From NCBI GenBank assembly GCA_017441705.1, contig JAFRWU010000009.1, positions 2,657 to 66,656 on the forward strand: 64,000 nt of DNA. Direction: 5' to 3'. Below the pieces are notes generated by a model. That model was not told the DNA's origin. It ran no database searches and was given only the letters and a program-made list of their open reading frames with translations. This stretch comes from Clostridia bacterium (GTDB lineage: Bacteria > Bacillota > Clostridia > Oscillospirales > QAMX01). The translations under genes and the position numbers were made by a program. Positions 62,635 through 64,000 of this stretch are shown here, piece by piece. Each line of letters starts with the position of its first letter. Position 1 is the stretch's first letter.

Positions 62635-63516
62635 ATGGAAAACAAAAAAGCAATCGTCACCGGCGGCAGCCGTGGGATCGGAAACGGCATCTGCCTGAAG
62701 CTTGCGGCGGCCGGTTATGATATCGCCACCAACTATTCTACCGCGTCTCAGGAAGCGGATGAGCTTGCCCACAAGATCGAAACCAATTTCGGACGGAAAT
62801 GCTTCGTATATCAGGCTTCTCTGGACAAGCCCGACGTTGGTCAGAAGTTCATCAACAAAGCCGCGCACGACCTCGGCGGATTGAATCTTCTGGTCAACAA
62901 CGCCGGCGTTACCCGTATGGGCAACATCCTGGATATGCCGATCGAAACGATGGATTATCTGGTCAGTCTGGATTTCCGTACTTATCTCCTCAACGCACAG
63001 ACGGCCGCCCGCTTTATGATCAAACGCGGGCTCACCGGTTCCATCATCAACGTGACGTCCTCCCGCGGCGAACGTGCCTATTCCGGCGACTGCATTTACG
63101 GCGGCGTCAAGGCGGGTCTCAATCGCGCCATTCAGTCGATGGCGATCGATCTCGGTCCCTACGGGATCCGCGTGAACAACGTCGCCCCCGGCGCGACCGA
63201 CGTCCGCGATTTCTCCGGATACATCAAACGGCTCGCCGCCATTGGCATCAAGATCGATCCCACCATGCCGAACCCCAGAGATGTGCTTGCCAAAAAGATC
63301 CCGTGTCTTCGCACCGGCAAACCGGCCGATATCGGATCCGCCGTAGTGTTCCTTGCATCCGACGAGGCTTCCTATATCACCGGCATCACGCTCCGTGTGG
63401 ACGGCGGTCTGATCCTGGCCGGCATGCCGGAGTGGCGAGATCCCGAAAACTCCCGTGAAAACGACGTGGGCTGGGTCGCCCGCAAACGTGAACTGACCTT
63501 CGCCGAGGAAGAATAA
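62635..63516 (+). CDS. Short-chain dehydrogenase/reductase, paralog of the N-terminal domain of the preceding gene
   Basis: ATG follows AAGGGAGA. TGGSRGIG, NNAG, SSRGE and YGGVK are present. It is collinear with residues 1 to about 265 of the upstream fusion protein. Confidence 0.88.
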   Translation: MENKKAIVTGGSRGIGNGICLKLAAAGYDIATNYSTASQEADELAHKIETNFGRKCFVYQASLDKPDVGQKFINKAAHDLGGLNLLVNNAGVTRMGNILDMPIETMDYLVSLDFRTYLLNAQTAARFMIKRGLTGSIINVTSSRGERAYSGDCIYGGVKAGLNRAIQSMAIDLGPYGIRVNNVAPGATDVRDFSGYIKRLAAIGIKIDPTMPNPRDVLAKKIPCLRTGKPADIGSAVVFLASDEASYITGITLRVDGGLILAGMPEWRDPENSRENDVGWVARKRELTFAEEE

Positions 63517-63528
63517 GCGGCATAAAAA

Positions 63529-63554
63529 AGCCGTCGCGCCAAGGCACGACGGCT
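63529..63554. terminator. Bidirectional intrinsic terminator
   Basis: agccgtcg (63529-63536) pairs with cgacggct (63547-63554). It is flanked by aaaaaa on the left and tttttt on the right, between the convergent SDR and radC-like genes. Confidence 0.75.
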
Positions 63555-63568
63555 TTTTTCTTCCTTCC

Positions 63569-64000
63569 TCAAAAAATCAGATTGTCTGCAGCCAGAGATA
63601 CGTATTCCCCTTCCGCCTCGTCTTCCTCCAGCCCGTAGGAATAAATGAGATGATCGAGTAGCCGGACGTTGATGCATTCCATGGCGTTTTTGATCTTTCT
63701 GGTACAGGAAATATCTTCATTGGACGGCAGCGCCACCGAACGCGGATGATTGTGCGCTACGATCACCCTCGTCGCATTGTACATGATCACGGTTTCCACG
63801 ATCTTTCTCAGATTGACCAGCGCACGGTCGATATCGCCTTCGCAGATCAGAGTCACTCCCAGGACCTTTCCCGCGCTGTCCAGAGATAAAAGATAGAATT
63901 TTTCCACGTTACACCCGATAAAATAGGGACGCATGAATTCGCCGGCTTCTTCGGTGGAATTGATCACCCGTACGTTTTTGACCTTCGATACGTTATAAGC
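63569..64000 (-). CDS. radC: RadC-like JAB/MPN domain protein (C-terminal part; N-terminus lies beyond the right edge)
   Basis: The JAMM-type motif is VAHNHPRSVALPSNEDI. The reading frame stays open through 64000 (…AYNVSKVKNVRVINSTEE…), so the ORF-track start at 63967 (a GTG) is probably internal. Confidence 0.85.
   Translation of the reverse strand, partial: AYNVSKVKNVRVINSTEEAGEFMRPYFIGCNVEKFYLLSLDSAGKVLGVTLICEGDIDRALVNLRKIVETVIMYNATRVIVAHNHPRSVALPSNEDISCTRKIKNAMECINVRLLDHLIYSYGLEEDEAEGEYVSLAADNLIF

Noticed and set aside
1-64000. Search by eye for tRNA/rRNA genes, CRISPR repeats, IS inverted repeats, integrases, toxin-antitoxin pairs and classical defence genes.
   Set aside because: None was found. 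All intergenic gaps are under 370 nt and are accounted for by promoters, terminators or leaders. A proper tRNAscan, Infernal, ISfinder or DefenseFinder run would be needed to exclude small or degenerate elements.

Overview
Visibly GC-rich (not computed) chromosomal segment with the gene content and order of a Bacillota/Clostridia-type genome. I call 46 protein-coding genes, 2 of them cut by the window edges. Almost all are housekeeping: fba, glgP, typA, uvrB-uvrA, a leuA-like gene, rnj, a D-Ala-D-Ala carboxypeptidase, thyX, miaB-mutS-(two inserted genes)-mutL-miaA, and the block sepF-divIVA-ileS-lspA-rluD. There are also small carbohydrate modules: an enolase-superfamily enzyme, a GH32 enzyme and an SDR/lactonase pair. 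By eye I found no rRNA, tRNA, CRISPR array, transposase, integrase or phage gene. The many 60-1000 aa ORFs lying opposite these genes are judged to be GC-driven shadow ORFs. Several ORF-track starts were moved to internal starts that have Shine-Dalgarno (SD) sequences. No single locus is an unambiguous new system. The best leads are: (i) two genes of unknown function (a 625-aa helical-repeat protein and a DUF1846 protein with a glycine-rich loop) sitting exactly between mutS and mutL, inside what looks like one miaB-to-miaA operon; (ii) a yihY - SDR::beta-propeller-lactonase fusion - SDR paralog operon, which suggests an uncharacterised dehydrogenase/lactonase pathway; (iii) an adjacent VTE5-like/VTE6-like (DUF92) membrane kinase pair in a non-photosynthetic genome; (iv) a structured ~280-nt typA leader and a PHP phosphoesterase translationally coupled to typA; (v) a nucleotidyltransferase fused to a phosphomannomutase-like module in which all four catalytic motifs look degenerate. 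All family assignments rest on motifs read from the translations and on recall. No database search or folding was possible.
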